Shown: positions 48,478-58,128 of the stretch, in pieces
Position numbering within the stretch: the stretch's first letter is position 1
How the letters are laid out: the number at the start of each line of letters is the position of its first letter
From: an uncultured Gemmatimonadales bacterium
GTDB lineage: Bacteria > Gemmatimonadota > Gemmatimonadetes > Gemmatimonadales > GWC2-71-9
Direction of reading: 5' to 3'
DNA: 64,000 nt
NCBI GenBank assembly: GCA_963795085.1
Contig: CAWCFX010000004.1
Location: 288,001 to 352,000, forward strand
Made by a program: the position numbers and the translations under genes
The notes under the pieces: generated by a model
What the model saw: only the letters and a program-made list of their open reading frames with translations
What the model was told of the DNA's origin: nothing
Database searches by the model: none

Positions 48478-49269
48478 ATGCTGCTTCTGGCGGTGGTGCC
48501 CGGTCTTCGGCTGCATCAACTCCGTACAGCTGATCCAAAGCTGTACAGCTTTCTTGGGCTGCCGTCGTGGGCCGAGGTGGTGGATACCATCCGGCACCGC
48601 CCGGTTGAGATGGTGGTGGTGGACCCGTTGCTGGACGGGCACATGCGGACCCGTGAGATCGAACGGCTGCGAGTGCTGTTTCCATCGCTGCCAATTCTGA
48701 TCTACACCAGCCTCACGCCGGAAGCGCCGAGCGCGTTGCTGGAGTTGGGCCGGATCGGGATCCGGCGGGTCATTCTGGCCCGTTTCGACGACAGCCCGGC
48801 GAACCTGCGGGTCATTCTGCGGGACGAGCTGGAGTGCACGGTCTCCCGCAAAGTGATCCAGGGAGTGGAACCCCTGCTGGTCGGCCTGCCGGCGCAGGCC
48901 CGGTGGGCGCTGGCGTCCCTGCTGCACGCCCCGTCCGAGGTGGCCACGGTGACGGAGCTGGCCGAGCGGGTTCGGATCAAGCGGCGAACCTGTGAACGCT
49001 GGTTTGCGCGGGTTGGATTGCCCTCTCCCCGAATGGTCCTGGTGCTGGCGCGGCTGCTCTACGCCCATCGGCTGCTCCAGGATCCCGGGTACACGGTCGA
49101 GGACGTGGCGGTGAAACTCGGCTATGGCCGGACCCGGAGTCTGCAGTCCCAGTTCAAGGAGATCTTCGGCCTGACGGCGGGTGAGGTGCGGCTTTCGCTG
49201 ACCGTGGAGGAGGCGCTGGACTTGGTAACCAAGCGGTATTTTGCCGGACTCAACAAGGCGGCATCGTAA
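48478..49269 (+). CDS. AraC-family regulator with a receiver-like N-terminal domain
   Basis: EMVVVDP..LPILIYT; TVTELAERVRIKRRTCERWF; TVEDVAVKLGYG..FKEIFGLT. Confidence 0.88.
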   Translation: MLLLAVVPGLRLHQLRTADPKLYSFLGLPSWAEVVDTIRHRPVEMVVVDPLLDGHMRTREIERLRVLFPSLPILIYTSLTPEAPSALLELGRIGIRRVILARFDDSPANLRVILRDELECTVSRKVIQGVEPLLVGLPAQARWALASLLHAPSEVATVTELAERVRIKRRTCERWFARVGLPSPRMVLVLARLLYAHRLLQDPGYTVEDVAVKLGYGRTRSLQSQFKEIFGLTAGEVRLSLTVEEALDLVTKRYFAGLNKAAS

Positions 49270-49670
49270 TGGCCAGGGTACTGCTCATCGACGATGAACC
49301 CTCGGTGCGGAATGCGCTGGAACGCGCGCTTCGGTATTTCGGCTACGACGTGATGTCGGCCGCGGGGGGGGACTCCGCCTATGAGCTGCTGCAGCACGAG
49401 ACCTTCGATGCGATCCTGCTGGATATCCGGATGCCGCTCATGTCGGGTGACGCGCTCTTCCTTGCGCTGGTGCGCAGGTGGCCCGAGCTGCGCGACCGCA
49501 TCATCCTGATGAGCGGCGACCCCGACAATGCCACCGAGGGCTGGTCGGCCGAGCTGAAGAGCCGTCCGCTGCTGGCCAAGCCGTTCACACTGGACGCGCT
49601 CAAGCACTGCCTCACCAGCGTCCTGTCCCGCCAGGTTCAACCCCGTCCCAAGTTCGGCAACGGCGCATGA
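49269..49670 (+). CDS. Single-domain response regulator
   Basis: LLIDDE, LLDIRMP, MSG, AKPF. Confidence 0.92.
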   Translation: MARVLLIDDEPSVRNALERALRYFGYDVMSAAGGDSAYELLQHETFDAILLDIRMPLMSGDALFLALVRRWPELRDRIILMSGDPDNATEGWSAELKSRPLLAKPFTLDALKHCLTSVLSRQVQPRPKFGNGA

Positions 49671-50323
49671 CCGGATCGAATCCCGGTGCGCCGGGTGCCG
49701 ATCCGCTGCGAGTTCTCCGGGAGTACCGTGCGCTGGCTCCGTGGAGCCTGCGGGATCTCGCCGCCCTGGCCGGTTCCATCCTCGACGCCTCCGCCATCTT
49801 CCCCCTCAATGTGTCGGCCCGGGCCCGCCCCACCGAACGGACTATCCGGTACTACGTGGCGCAGGGACTGGTGAGTCCCCCCGAGGGGCGGGGTACCGCC
49901 GCGACCTATAGCTACCGCCATCTGCTCCAGGTGCTGGCCATCAAGCTCCGCCAGATGGAAGGCTCCACCCTGGAGACGATTACCCGGGACCTGGCCGACC
50001 AGGGCGGCGACGTGATCGAGCGGCGAGTCGCCGCGGCGCTGGGGGCTGGACTCCCGGCACCGTCCCTGATCACCGTGACCCAGCCGGGCGCCCCGCGCGG
50101 CCGGGTGGGCCGAGCCATCCAGGACTGGCAGTGGGGCAGCAGCAACGGCGACCTGGAGCCTCCCTCCAGCTGTCGCCGGATTCCCCTGGGCCATGGCATA
50201 GAGTTGCTGATGGATGAGCGGCATCCGCTGCTGCTGGCCAACCCGGACGAGCAGGCGATCGTCAGCGCCTTTCGCGCGGCCCTGGCGGAACTGGCGGGAG
50301 CGGACCTGCCGGCAGACCGTTAG
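49667..50323 (+). CDS. MerR-type HTH regulator
   Basis: WSLRDLA..PTERTIRYYVAQGLVSPP..ATYSYRHL; ATGA overlap. Confidence 0.85.
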   Translation: MTGSNPGAPGADPLRVLREYRALAPWSLRDLAALAGSILDASAIFPLNVSARARPTERTIRYYVAQGLVSPPEGRGTAATYSYRHLLQVLAIKLRQMEGSTLETITRDLADQGGDVIERRVAAALGAGLPAPSLITVTQPGAPRGRVGRAIQDWQWGSSNGDLEPPSSCRRIPLGHGIELLMDERHPLLLANPDEQAIVSAFRAALAELAGADLPADR

Positions 50324-50346
50324 CACTCTCTTGAGCGAGGAGTTCC

Positions 50347-50904
50347 ATGGGTACCATTCTCGTGATTGTCGTCCTGGCCGTGCTGGCGCTGTGGATCATC
50401 GGCGCCTATAACGCCCTGATCGCCCTCAAGAACCAGGTGATGAACGCCTGGAAGCAGATCGACGTGCAGCTCAAGCGGCGGCACGACCTGATTCCCAACC
50501 TGGTCAGCACCGTCAAGGGCGCCATGACCTTCGAACGGCAGACCCTGGAGGCGGTGATCACGGCCCGTAACCAGGCGGTCGGCGCCCAGGGCGTGGCGGC
50601 GACCGCCCGGGCGGAGGGTGAGTTGACGCAGGCGCTGGGCCGGTTGTTCGCCCTGACCGAGGCCTATCCCGATCTCAAGGCGACCGGGAATATCGCGCAG
50701 CTGCAGGAGGAAATTACCAGCACCGAGAACAAGATCGGCTTTGCCCGGCAACTCTACAACGACACGGCCACGGCGTACAACACGAAGCAGATGCAGTTTC
50801 CCACCAACCTGGTCGCCGGATTGGCCAAGGCGGTACCGGCCGAACTGTGGGAGATCGACGACGCATCCGAGCGGGCGGTCCCCAAGGTCGACCTCTCCAC
50901 ATGA
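50347..50904 (+). CDS. lemA: LemA family protein
   Basis: AWKQIDVQLKRRHDLIPNLV, EAYPDLKA, ENKIGFARQLYN. Confidence 0.95.
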   Translation: MGTILVIVVLAVLALWIIGAYNALIALKNQVMNAWKQIDVQLKRRHDLIPNLVSTVKGAMTFERQTLEAVITARNQAVGAQGVAATARAEGELTQALGRLFALTEAYPDLKATGNIAQLQEEITSTENKIGFARQLYNDTATAYNTKQMQFPTNLVAGLAKAVPAELWEIDDASERAVPKVDLST

Positions 50905-50982
50905 TGACGGTCAGCAGCCGGCAGTAGGCTGTGCGCGGGGCCTTCCTGCGCACCGCGCGCTTCTCACTGCGCACCCCTCGCT
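50905..50982. repeat. Degenerate heptamer-phased palindromic spacer
   Basis: TGACGGT CAGCAGC CGGCAGT AGGCTGT GCGCGGG ... TGCGCAC CGCGCGC TTCTCAC TGCGCAC. Confidence 0.5.
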
Positions 50983-50985
50983 TCT

Positions 50986-51996
50986 ATGTCGGACTCTAAT
51001 CTTTTCTCCCAGCAGGAGAGCAACCGGAAGCGAACCCGCTGGCTGGTGGCCGGCTTTCTCCTGTTCTTTGGCTGGGTCGGCTTCGGAGGGGATCTCGGCC
51101 TCTACCTGCTGACGGCGGAGCAGCAGTCCGGATACCGGCACACGGTTCCGTTGATCGGCATCGTGATGACGCTGGCAGCCGGCGCCATCTGCTGGTCCTC
51201 CTTCCGCAAAGGCCCCGCCCGGGTCCTGTGGGCCGCGGGCGCCTCGGAGGTGGTGGAGGCGGTGACCCCGGCGCACCGTCAGCTCGCCAACGTGGTCGAG
51301 GAAATGGCGATCGCCTCCGGCGTGCCGGTGCCGAAGATCTGGGTGGTGCCGGATCCCGATCCCAACGCCTTTGCCACCGGGCTCGATGCCCAGCGGGCCA
51401 ACATCGCGGTGACCGAAGGCCTGCTGCAGCTGCTCGATCGCGATGAGCTGCAGGCGGTCATCGCGCACGAGATGGCCCATATCAGAAATCTCGACGTGCG
51501 GCTGATGACCATGCTGGCCGCGATGGTCGGCGCCATCGCGCTCATATCCGATGGCATGGGACGGATGCTGGGGCGGGGGGTCCGGGTCGGGGGCGGGGGG
51601 AAAGGCCGCGGCGGCAAGAAGGGCAATCAGCTTGCCATCATCATCCTGGTGCTCTGGGTACTGACCCTCCTCGTGGCTCCGCTGATCACCCGGCTCCTCG
51701 CCATGGGGGTAAGCCGGAAGCGCGAATTCCTGGCCGACGCCTCGGCCGCCCAGTTCACCCGTAACCCTGACGCCCTGGCCAGCGCCCTCGAGAAACTGGA
51801 CGGCGCCCCCGGCGCCACCCGGGCCATCACCCGCGGCGCCGCCCATCTCTGTATCGTGGACCCCGGCGAACGAAAGCTCTCCCAGCGGGACGGACTGCTG
51901 GGCGACATCTTTGCCTCCCACCCGCCCATCCGGCACCGGATCACCCGGCTCAAGGGGATGGCGTACCAGCAGGCGAACGCAACCAGCGACCGGTGA
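50986..51996 (+). CDS. htpX: HtpX-like M48 membrane zinc protease
   Basis: PNAFATG, AHEMAH, SRKREFLAD, FASHPP; follows lemA. Confidence 0.88.
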   Translation: MSDSNLFSQQESNRKRTRWLVAGFLLFFGWVGFGGDLGLYLLTAEQQSGYRHTVPLIGIVMTLAAGAICWSSFRKGPARVLWAAGASEVVEAVTPAHRQLANVVEEMAIASGVPVPKIWVVPDPDPNAFATGLDAQRANIAVTEGLLQLLDRDELQAVIAHEMAHIRNLDVRLMTMLAAMVGAIALISDGMGRMLGRGVRVGGGGKGRGGKKGNQLAIIILVLWVLTLLVAPLITRLLAMGVSRKREFLADASAAQFTRNPDALASALEKLDGAPGATRAITRGAAHLCIVDPGERKLSQRDGLLGDIFASHPPIRHRITRLKGMAYQQANATSDR

Positions 51997-52035
51997 GCCG
52001 ACGTCGTTATCGCGCCACTCGTCACGGGATTGTTC

Positions 52036-53082
52036 TTACCGCCCCTGTTCCATCGCCCTCAGGATCTCCTCGGTAAATGATCCCGGATCGAATGGCAGGG
52101 CGACGGTGTGGTCGGCCCCGGCGGCACGCTCGGCCTCCCCGCTGCCATCCACCAGCGCGACCACGGCGTAGGCGCGGGCGACCGCCGGGCGAAATCCTGC
52201 CAGCGGGGACTTGTCCTGGGCCGGCTGGCAGATGACGACCAGGCTCACGCCCAGGGTCTCGGCTTCTGCCGCCAGGGTCTCCCCGTCGGGAACCCGCCGG
52301 ACGGAGAAGCCGGCGTGCTTGAGAAGCAGCGCGACGATCCGCGCCGTGTCGTTCTCGTCGACCCAGAGCAGGGCCTCGCCCGGGGAGATGCCTGCCGGTT
52401 GGGCCCCCGGCGCCTGCAGGTCGATCATGCCTACATCCCCGACGTACTGCCGGGCGCTGGCCTGGCTCAACCCGCCGACCCGTCTGAGCACGCCGGCGAT
52501 CCGTGCCAGCGCGTCCCGGACCGCCTCCAGTGAACACCGGGTCTCGTCGTCCAGGGTTCCCTGCAGCAGCAGCTCGATCTCCACCCCGGCCGCCATGAGG
52601 GGATTGTTGATCTCGTGGTGCAGGGTGACGTTGAGCTGCCCCACCGCCGCCAGGCGTTCGGCCCGTACCAGGTCCTCTTCCGCCGCCGCCAGCGCGCTGC
52701 GGAGCGCGCGGGTCCGGCGCACCCGTTCCAGCACCTGGGGCAACAGCTTGGGCAGCGAGGCATCCTTGATGAGATAGTCATCCGCGCCCTGTCGGAGAGC
52801 GGCGGCTGCGAGCGCTTCATCCCCGTTGCCGGTGATCAGGATGATCGAAGGGCGGCCGGGGCGGGCCCGGAGCGCGGGGATGGCCTCGAGACCCGTGGTA
52901 TCCGGCAACTGGTGATCCAGGAGGACGATGTCAAAGGGCCCGGCCGCGGCGAGCGCCTCCCTCCCGGTCGTCACCACCTGCGGATCGGTGGCCGCCTGGG
53001 CGCGCACCAGCTGGCGCAGCATGGCGCCCATTGCGGGGTCGTCATCGACCACCAGGAGCCGCAGCAGGGTCCGCTCAGGCAC
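52036..53082 (-). CDS. Receiver + HisKA (no ATPase domain) + pseudo-receiver protein
   Basis: VVDDD, LLDHQLPD, DYLIK; H-box TLHHEINNPL; no N/G boxes; C-terminal LLWVDEND..LPFDP. Probable GTG start at 53082. Confidence 0.8.
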   Translation of the reverse strand: MPERTLLRLLVVDDDPAMGAMLRQLVRAQAATDPQVVTTGREALAAAGPFDIVLLDHQLPDTTGLEAIPALRARPGRPSIILITGNGDEALAAAALRQGADDYLIKDASLPKLLPQVLERVRRTRALRSALAAAEEDLVRAERLAAVGQLNVTLHHEINNPLMAAGVEIELLLQGTLDDETRCSLEAVRDALARIAGVLRRVGGLSQASARQYVGDVGMIDLQAPGAQPAGISPGEALLWVDENDTARIVALLLKHAGFSVRRVPDGETLAAEAETLGVSLVVICQPAQDKSPLAGFRPAVARAYAVVALVDGSGEAERAAGADHTVALPFDPGSFTEEILRAMEQGR

Positions 53083-54640
53083 GGTTGGGACCCGATTCGG
53101 TCCGGAACCCGACCCGGGCAAACTTCTCCCACGTGGTCTTGCCGCGCCAGGCGTCCCACAGACCCCGCAGCCGCCAGTAGAGCGTGATGTGCCGAAAGCT
53201 GAACGGGAGATTCTCCAGCACCGAGTAGAGCAGCAGGATCAGCACATCCCGCTTGCGGCTGAACGGCAGCAGCCCGCGCTGCAGCCGGTCGGCGAGCCCG
53301 AACCGGAATCGCCACGCCCCGACCAGGACGGCGAAGAGGTTGACCAGGATGCCGTAGCCCAGCGAGGCGAGGAAGAACGCCACTGCGTACGCCTCGTTGA
53401 GGAAGTTGACCCCCAGCGCATACTCCAGGATCAGAAAGACGATGACGAACAGGTAGCCGACGATCTCGATGATCGGCCCCCAGTACTCGAATAGCCAGAA
53501 GGTGGGGAGCGCGAACCAGCCGATGCGGCCGAACTTCCGCCGGAACAGCATGTCCCGGTGGTAGTGCAGCGACTCCCGCAGGCCGCGGTACCAGCGGCCC
53601 CGCTGCTTGCGCAGGGAGTCGAGCCGCTCCGGCACTTCGGTCCAGGCCACCGGGTGGGGCAGAAAGGCGATGCGCTTGTCCCGCATCTTGTCCCGCACGA
53701 ACCGGTGCAGCCGCACGATGATTTCCATGTCCTCGCAGACGGTGCCGGTCCGGGCCCCGATATACTCCTCCACGATCCGGTGCGTGACGAAAGGGGTCAG
53801 GTACCCGCCGGCCCGGATCACCGTTTCCTTCTCGAACACCGCGAACACGCCGGACAGGATGAGAATGGCGTCCAGCTTGTCGAGACCGGTCCGCCCGGTG
53901 GTGAAGGACCGCAGGTACTCCACCATCTGGAACCGGGCCAGCGGGTTGGACGGCAGCCCCACGCTCACCACCCGCCCGTTGCGGATGGCGCATCCGTTGG
54001 CGATTGCTACCTGGCCGCCGACGGCAACTACCCGGGGATCCTCCTGGATGACCCGCATCAGCTCCTTCAGCGCCCGCTGGTCGAGGATCGAATCGGCGTC
54101 GAGCGAAACGAAATAGGGTGCGGTGGACGCGTTGATCCCCGCGTTGAGCGCATCGGCCTTGCCGGCGTTCTCCTTGTCGATGACCATCACCTTGGTGACG
54201 TTCTTCGGCAGGGGGATGGTGGCCTCGTAGGTGGCTCGGACCCGGGCGGTGCCGATGGCGTCGCGGTAGGCGAGGTCGGTACGGCGAAGCCGGAACGCCT
54301 GCTTCAGCACCTCCAGAGTACGGTCCGCCGAGCCATCGTTGACGACCACCACCTCGAACCGGGGATAGTCCACATGGATGAGGTTGGTCACCGAGTCCAC
54401 GATGGTGACCTCCTCGTTGTACGCCGGTACCACCATCGTGATCGGCTTGGTGGAGTCGTGGGCGTCGATCAGGTCGAGGTCTTCGATGAAATGTCCGGCC
54501 ACCCGCCGGCGGACCTGGCGGGCCGACAGGATGATGAGCGAGAGGGTATAGGTATTGTACAGGATGAAATAGGCCAGGAAAAAGGGCTGCAGCACCAGGG
54601 CCACAACCCCGACGACCAGGATGACCTGTTCCCGGCTCAC
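53075..54640 (-). CDS. Processive GT2 glycosyltransferase (PgaC/IcaA-like)
   Basis: VPAYNEE, VNDGS, GKADALN, SLDADS, VCEDME, QRGRW; TM segments. Confidence 0.92.
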   Translation of the reverse strand: MSREQVILVVGVVALVLQPFFLAYFILYNTYTLSLIILSARQVRRRVAGHFIEDLDLIDAHDSTKPITMVVPAYNEEVTIVDSVTNLIHVDYPRFEVVVVNDGSADRTLEVLKQAFRLRRTDLAYRDAIGTARVRATYEATIPLPKNVTKVMVIDKENAGKADALNAGINASTAPYFVSLDADSILDQRALKELMRVIQEDPRVVAVGGQVAIANGCAIRNGRVVSVGLPSNPLARFQMVEYLRSFTTGRTGLDKLDAILILSGVFAVFEKETVIRAGGYLTPFVTHRIVEEYIGARTGTVCEDMEIIVRLHRFVRDKMRDKRIAFLPHPVAWTEVPERLDSLRKQRGRWYRGLRESLHYHRDMLFRRKFGRIGWFALPTFWLFEYWGPIIEIVGYLFVIVFLILEYALGVNFLNEAYAVAFFLASLGYGILVNLFAVLVGAWRFRFGLADRLQRGLLPFSRKRDVLILLLYSVLENLPFSFRHITLYWRLRGLWDAWRGKTTWEKFARVGFRTESGPNRA

Positions 54641-57600
54641 CGGGGCTCCCGTCCCGGTTCGAGGACCGCGCCCACCGCCTCGCGGACCTCGTGGACCGGA
54701 TCGTTCCGGGCCACTTCGCCCGCCAGCGGATCGTCCATCAGGGCCAGCGCGATGCCCGCCGCGATCCGTCGCCGCGCCTCGGGACTGGTCCGCGCCACGG
54801 TCTGCAACTCCTCCAGGCCCGCCACCTCCCGGAGGGCGGCAGCTGCGGTCTCCCGCCCGAAACTGTCTGGCAGGTCGATCCGGGCGCCCCGAAGCAGCTG
54901 GGCGCTCCAGGCCGCGGCCCGCACGCCCTCGTCAGGATCCCGTAATAGTGGCGCGGTATCCGGGCCCTGGGTGCTCGAGGCCAGGGCGAGCGCCGCCCGG
55001 CGCCGGACATCCGCTTCGGGATCGGTGAAGAACGAAGCCAGCCGATCGAACTGCCCCGCGGCGGCCCACGCCGCTACTGCGGCGAGCCGTACGGCCGGGA
55101 CCGGATCCATGCTCAGGGCGCGAAGGCTCTCTTCCGACACCAACTCGGGCCGGTGCCGCCAGAGCAGGGCCAGTTCCTCCCGCACCTCCGGGCTGGCGCT
55201 CCGGCCGATGGTCGTCAGCAACGACGGGAGATCGGGGTGGTTGATGTAGCGGGCGATGCGCGCGATGACGACGCCCTCGTGGGAACCCGGCGCCGCCCCC
55301 ATGGTCAGGTCCACGAAGGCGTGAAAGGCCTGCTCGGCGTGGCGGGCCACCGCCTGCAGGACCACGATGTCATCGTCTTCCGCTCGAAGCAGGCGAATCA
55401 GCAGGGGGAGCGCCTGCCCCGGCTCCATCCGCGCGAACAGGGTCACCGCGACGCGGCGGACCGCCGGATGCGGATCGGTCACCGCCCGTCGCGCCGAGAG
55501 GAATAATTCGTCCGGGTCCAGCAGATCCGCCACGGCGGCCAGGGCCGCGGCCCGCACTTCGGGGCTGGGATCGCTGCGTACGGCATACACCAGCGCCCGC
55601 CGGCTTCGCTCGCCTTTGAAGGCCTGGATCGCGGAGACCAGCCGCACTCGCTCCCGCGGGTCCAGCACCCCCCGCATGCCTTCCACCAGGGAGGCCTCCA
55701 TCTGTTCCCGGTTCAGGCTGCCCAGCGCGCGCAGTTCCACCTGCTGAGCCTCCTTGAGGCGCTGCCGGATCTGGCGAAACCCGGGATCATGCTGCAACCG
55801 GTCGCGCAGGAACTCCCGGACTGGTTCTTCATCCATCATCTGCAGAACCTGGGCGACGATGCTCTCCTGGTCAAAGGCACCGATGCCGAGGGCGGCCGCC
55901 GCCCGTACGTTGAGCGGCTCCTCCGAGCGGCAGGCCGCCAGCAGGGCGGCATCGCCGCCGGGCACCCGGAGCAGCCCGGTGGCCAGCGCGGCGCGCTCCC
56001 GCACCCGCGCCGACGGATCGCCCTGGAGCAGCCCGAGAATCTCCGGTCCCGCGCGGGTCGCCCCGAAGCGGGAGAGTGCCTCGACCGACTTGGCGCGGAC
56101 TTCTTCGTCCGGGTCGTTGAGTCCCTGCTGCAGCAACTCCTCACTGCGCTCGCCGCCGAGGTGGACCAGAGCGTCCACCGCCAGGGAGCGGACCACCGGG
56201 TCTTCGTCCTTCCACACGATCTCCAAGAGTCCAGCCGAGGCCGGCGAGTGGATCCGGGCGAGGATCCGTACGATGGCCAGCCGGGCCTCGCGGTCGCGGG
56301 ATTCCATCAGGATATCGAGCAGGGCGGGGAGGGCATTGACGTCGATCCGGGCCACCGCATCGGCGATGACCTCGCGGAGGTCGGCACTGCCGGTCTGGAA
56401 GGCCCGTACCAGCGCCGGCAGGATGGGCGGGCCCCCCACCCGCCCCAGCGCGTGTGCGGCGCTGCGCCGGGCATGCGGGTCCGAGTCCACCAGCAGCTTG
56501 AGCAATTCGGGGACGGCCCACGATCCACCCCCATCGGCGACGCCGTCGGCCGCCGCGGCGCGTACCTCGGGCACCGGGTCCTTGAGCAGGCGGGCCAGTT
56601 CGGGCTGGGCATCCTTCGCCTGGATCTGGCCGAGGGCGCGGGCGGAGGCGGCCCGGACCATCGGCTCGTAGTCGCCGGTGCGAGGCCGGATCATGCTGGC
56701 CACCTCGGCCTCGCCCAGTTCGCCGACCAGTTGCATCGCGGCGGTGCGGACATGCTGGTCCGCATCGCCCAGCCCGTCGAGCGCCGACGGGACGGCGTCC
56801 TTGATGCCCAGGTGCCGGAGCGCATTGTACGCTTCGGCCCGGATTTCCGGTTCGGCGTCGTGGGTGGCCACGTGGATCAGTTCGATCGCCAGGTCCCGCC
56901 GGCCGGCCTGCATGATCGCGGTGATGACGGTCTGGCGGACCATGGTCGAGGGATGGGCCAGCTGCTCGGCCAGCAGCTCCCGGGCGCCGGCCAGGCCGAA
57001 CTTGGTCAGGATCTCCATCGCCTCGGTGGAGGCGGTGCCGGACTCGATCTGGCTGATGATCCGGTTGGGCACGCCCAGCCGCTCCAGGGCGACCGCGGCA
57101 CGAATCCGGATCTCCGGGTCGGTGTCGTCGAGGGCCAGCATGAGAGGGCCTTCCGAGACCGCTCCGATCTGTTCCAGCGCCTCGACGCTGCGCATCCGGA
57201 CCCACCAGGCGGGATCGCCCAGGGCGCGAACCAGGGTGTCGATGACCTCGGTATCGTTGAACTGGCCCAGCGCACCGGCGATGCGGGCACGGACAAACGG
57301 CGCCGGATCGGTGAGCAGGTGGTCGAGGAGATAGGTGACGGCGCGGTGGTCGCCCAGTTTGCCGAGGGAGGCGGCCGCCTTGGCCCGGACTTCGTCATCG
57401 AGGTCGTCCAGGGCGCGCACCAGGGCAGGAAAGGCGCGAGTGGCGCGTACCTCCCCCAGGATGTTGGCCGCCCAGGCGCGGGCTGGATGTTGGGACGGTT
57501 CCTCCAGGAAGCCGATCATCGGCTCCACGACCATGTCGCCGTGGCGGGCCAGGATGTCGGCGATGCGGGGGGCCAGCCACACCTCGGCTTTCTTGAGCGC

Positions 57601-58128
57601 CTCGGAAAGCGGGCCGACCGCCCGCGGATCCGCGATCCTGGCCAGGGCGCGGAGGGCAATCTCGCGGACATCGGCGTCTTCGGCCCGGGTGGCCTGGATG
57701 GTTTCCAGCAGGACGGGGACCGCGGCGGCGTTGCCCACCCGGCCCAGCAGCTCGGCGGCAAAGGCGCGCTCCCGCCACTTCTTGGCGTGGCGCAGGCGGT
57801 CGATGTATTTGGTGACCAGCCCCAGCCGGTCATATGCGTCGAGCAGCCAGTCGGGGCGTTCGGTCTGGCCCCGGGCCTGTTCTTCGAGAACGGCCTCCAG
57901 CGCGGAGAAGTCGCGCAGTGTCCGGGCCTGGTGGAGGACCGGCTCCAGGAGGGCCCGGTCCCGGGTGGCGAGTCCCGCGACGAGGTCACGATAAAACCCC
58001 TTGCGGACGGACAGCCGGCGCTCCAGCCGGGTCAGATACGTGGTGTAGATCAGCCAGACGGCCACCGCCACCACGCCCATAACGGCGAGGCCGGCGGCAA
58101 CCACCAAGATGATATCGAGAAAGGTCAC
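54637..58128 (-). CDS. Large membrane-anchored HEAT-repeat protein (1163 aa)
   Basis: N-terminal TM followed by more than 20 repeats of type L.DP...VR..AA.ALG. Confidence 0.9.
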   Translation of the reverse strand: MTFLDIILVVAAGLAVMGVVAVAVWLIYTTYLTRLERRLSVRKGFYRDLVAGLATRDRALLEPVLHQARTLRDFSALEAVLEEQARGQTERPDWLLDAYDRLGLVTKYIDRLRHAKKWRERAFAAELLGRVGNAAAVPVLLETIQATRAEDADVREIALRALARIADPRAVGPLSEALKKAEVWLAPRIADILARHGDMVVEPMIGFLEEPSQHPARAWAANILGEVRATRAFPALVRALDDLDDEVRAKAAASLGKLGDHRAVTYLLDHLLTDPAPFVRARIAGALGQFNDTEVIDTLVRALGDPAWWVRMRSVEALEQIGAVSEGPLMLALDDTDPEIRIRAAVALERLGVPNRIISQIESGTASTEAMEILTKFGLAGARELLAEQLAHPSTMVRQTVITAIMQAGRRDLAIELIHVATHDAEPEIRAEAYNALRHLGIKDAVPSALDGLGDADQHVRTAAMQLVGELGEAEVASMIRPRTGDYEPMVRAASARALGQIQAKDAQPELARLLKDPVPEVRAAAADGVADGGGSWAVPELLKLLVDSDPHARRSAAHALGRVGGPPILPALVRAFQTGSADLREVIADAVARIDVNALPALLDILMESRDREARLAIVRILARIHSPASAGLLEIVWKDEDPVVRSLAVDALVHLGGERSEELLQQGLNDPDEEVRAKSVEALSRFGATRAGPEILGLLQGDPSARVRERAALATGLLRVPGGDAALLAACRSEEPLNVRAAAALGIGAFDQESIVAQVLQMMDEEPVREFLRDRLQHDPGFRQIRQRLKEAQQVELRALGSLNREQMEASLVEGMRGVLDPRERVRLVSAIQAFKGERSRRALVYAVRSDPSPEVRAAALAAVADLLDPDELFLSARRAVTDPHPAVRRVAVTLFARMEPGQALPLLIRLLRAEDDDIVVLQAVARHAEQAFHAFVDLTMGAAPGSHEGVVIARIARYINHPDLPSLLTTIGRSASPEVREELALLWRHRPELVSEESLRALSMDPVPAVRLAAVAAWAAAGQFDRLASFFTDPEADVRRRAALALASSTQGPDTAPLLRDPDEGVRAAAWSAQLLRGARIDLPDSFGRETAAAALREVAGLEELQTVARTSPEARRRIAAGIALALMDDPLAGEVARNDPVHEVREAVGAVLEPGREPR

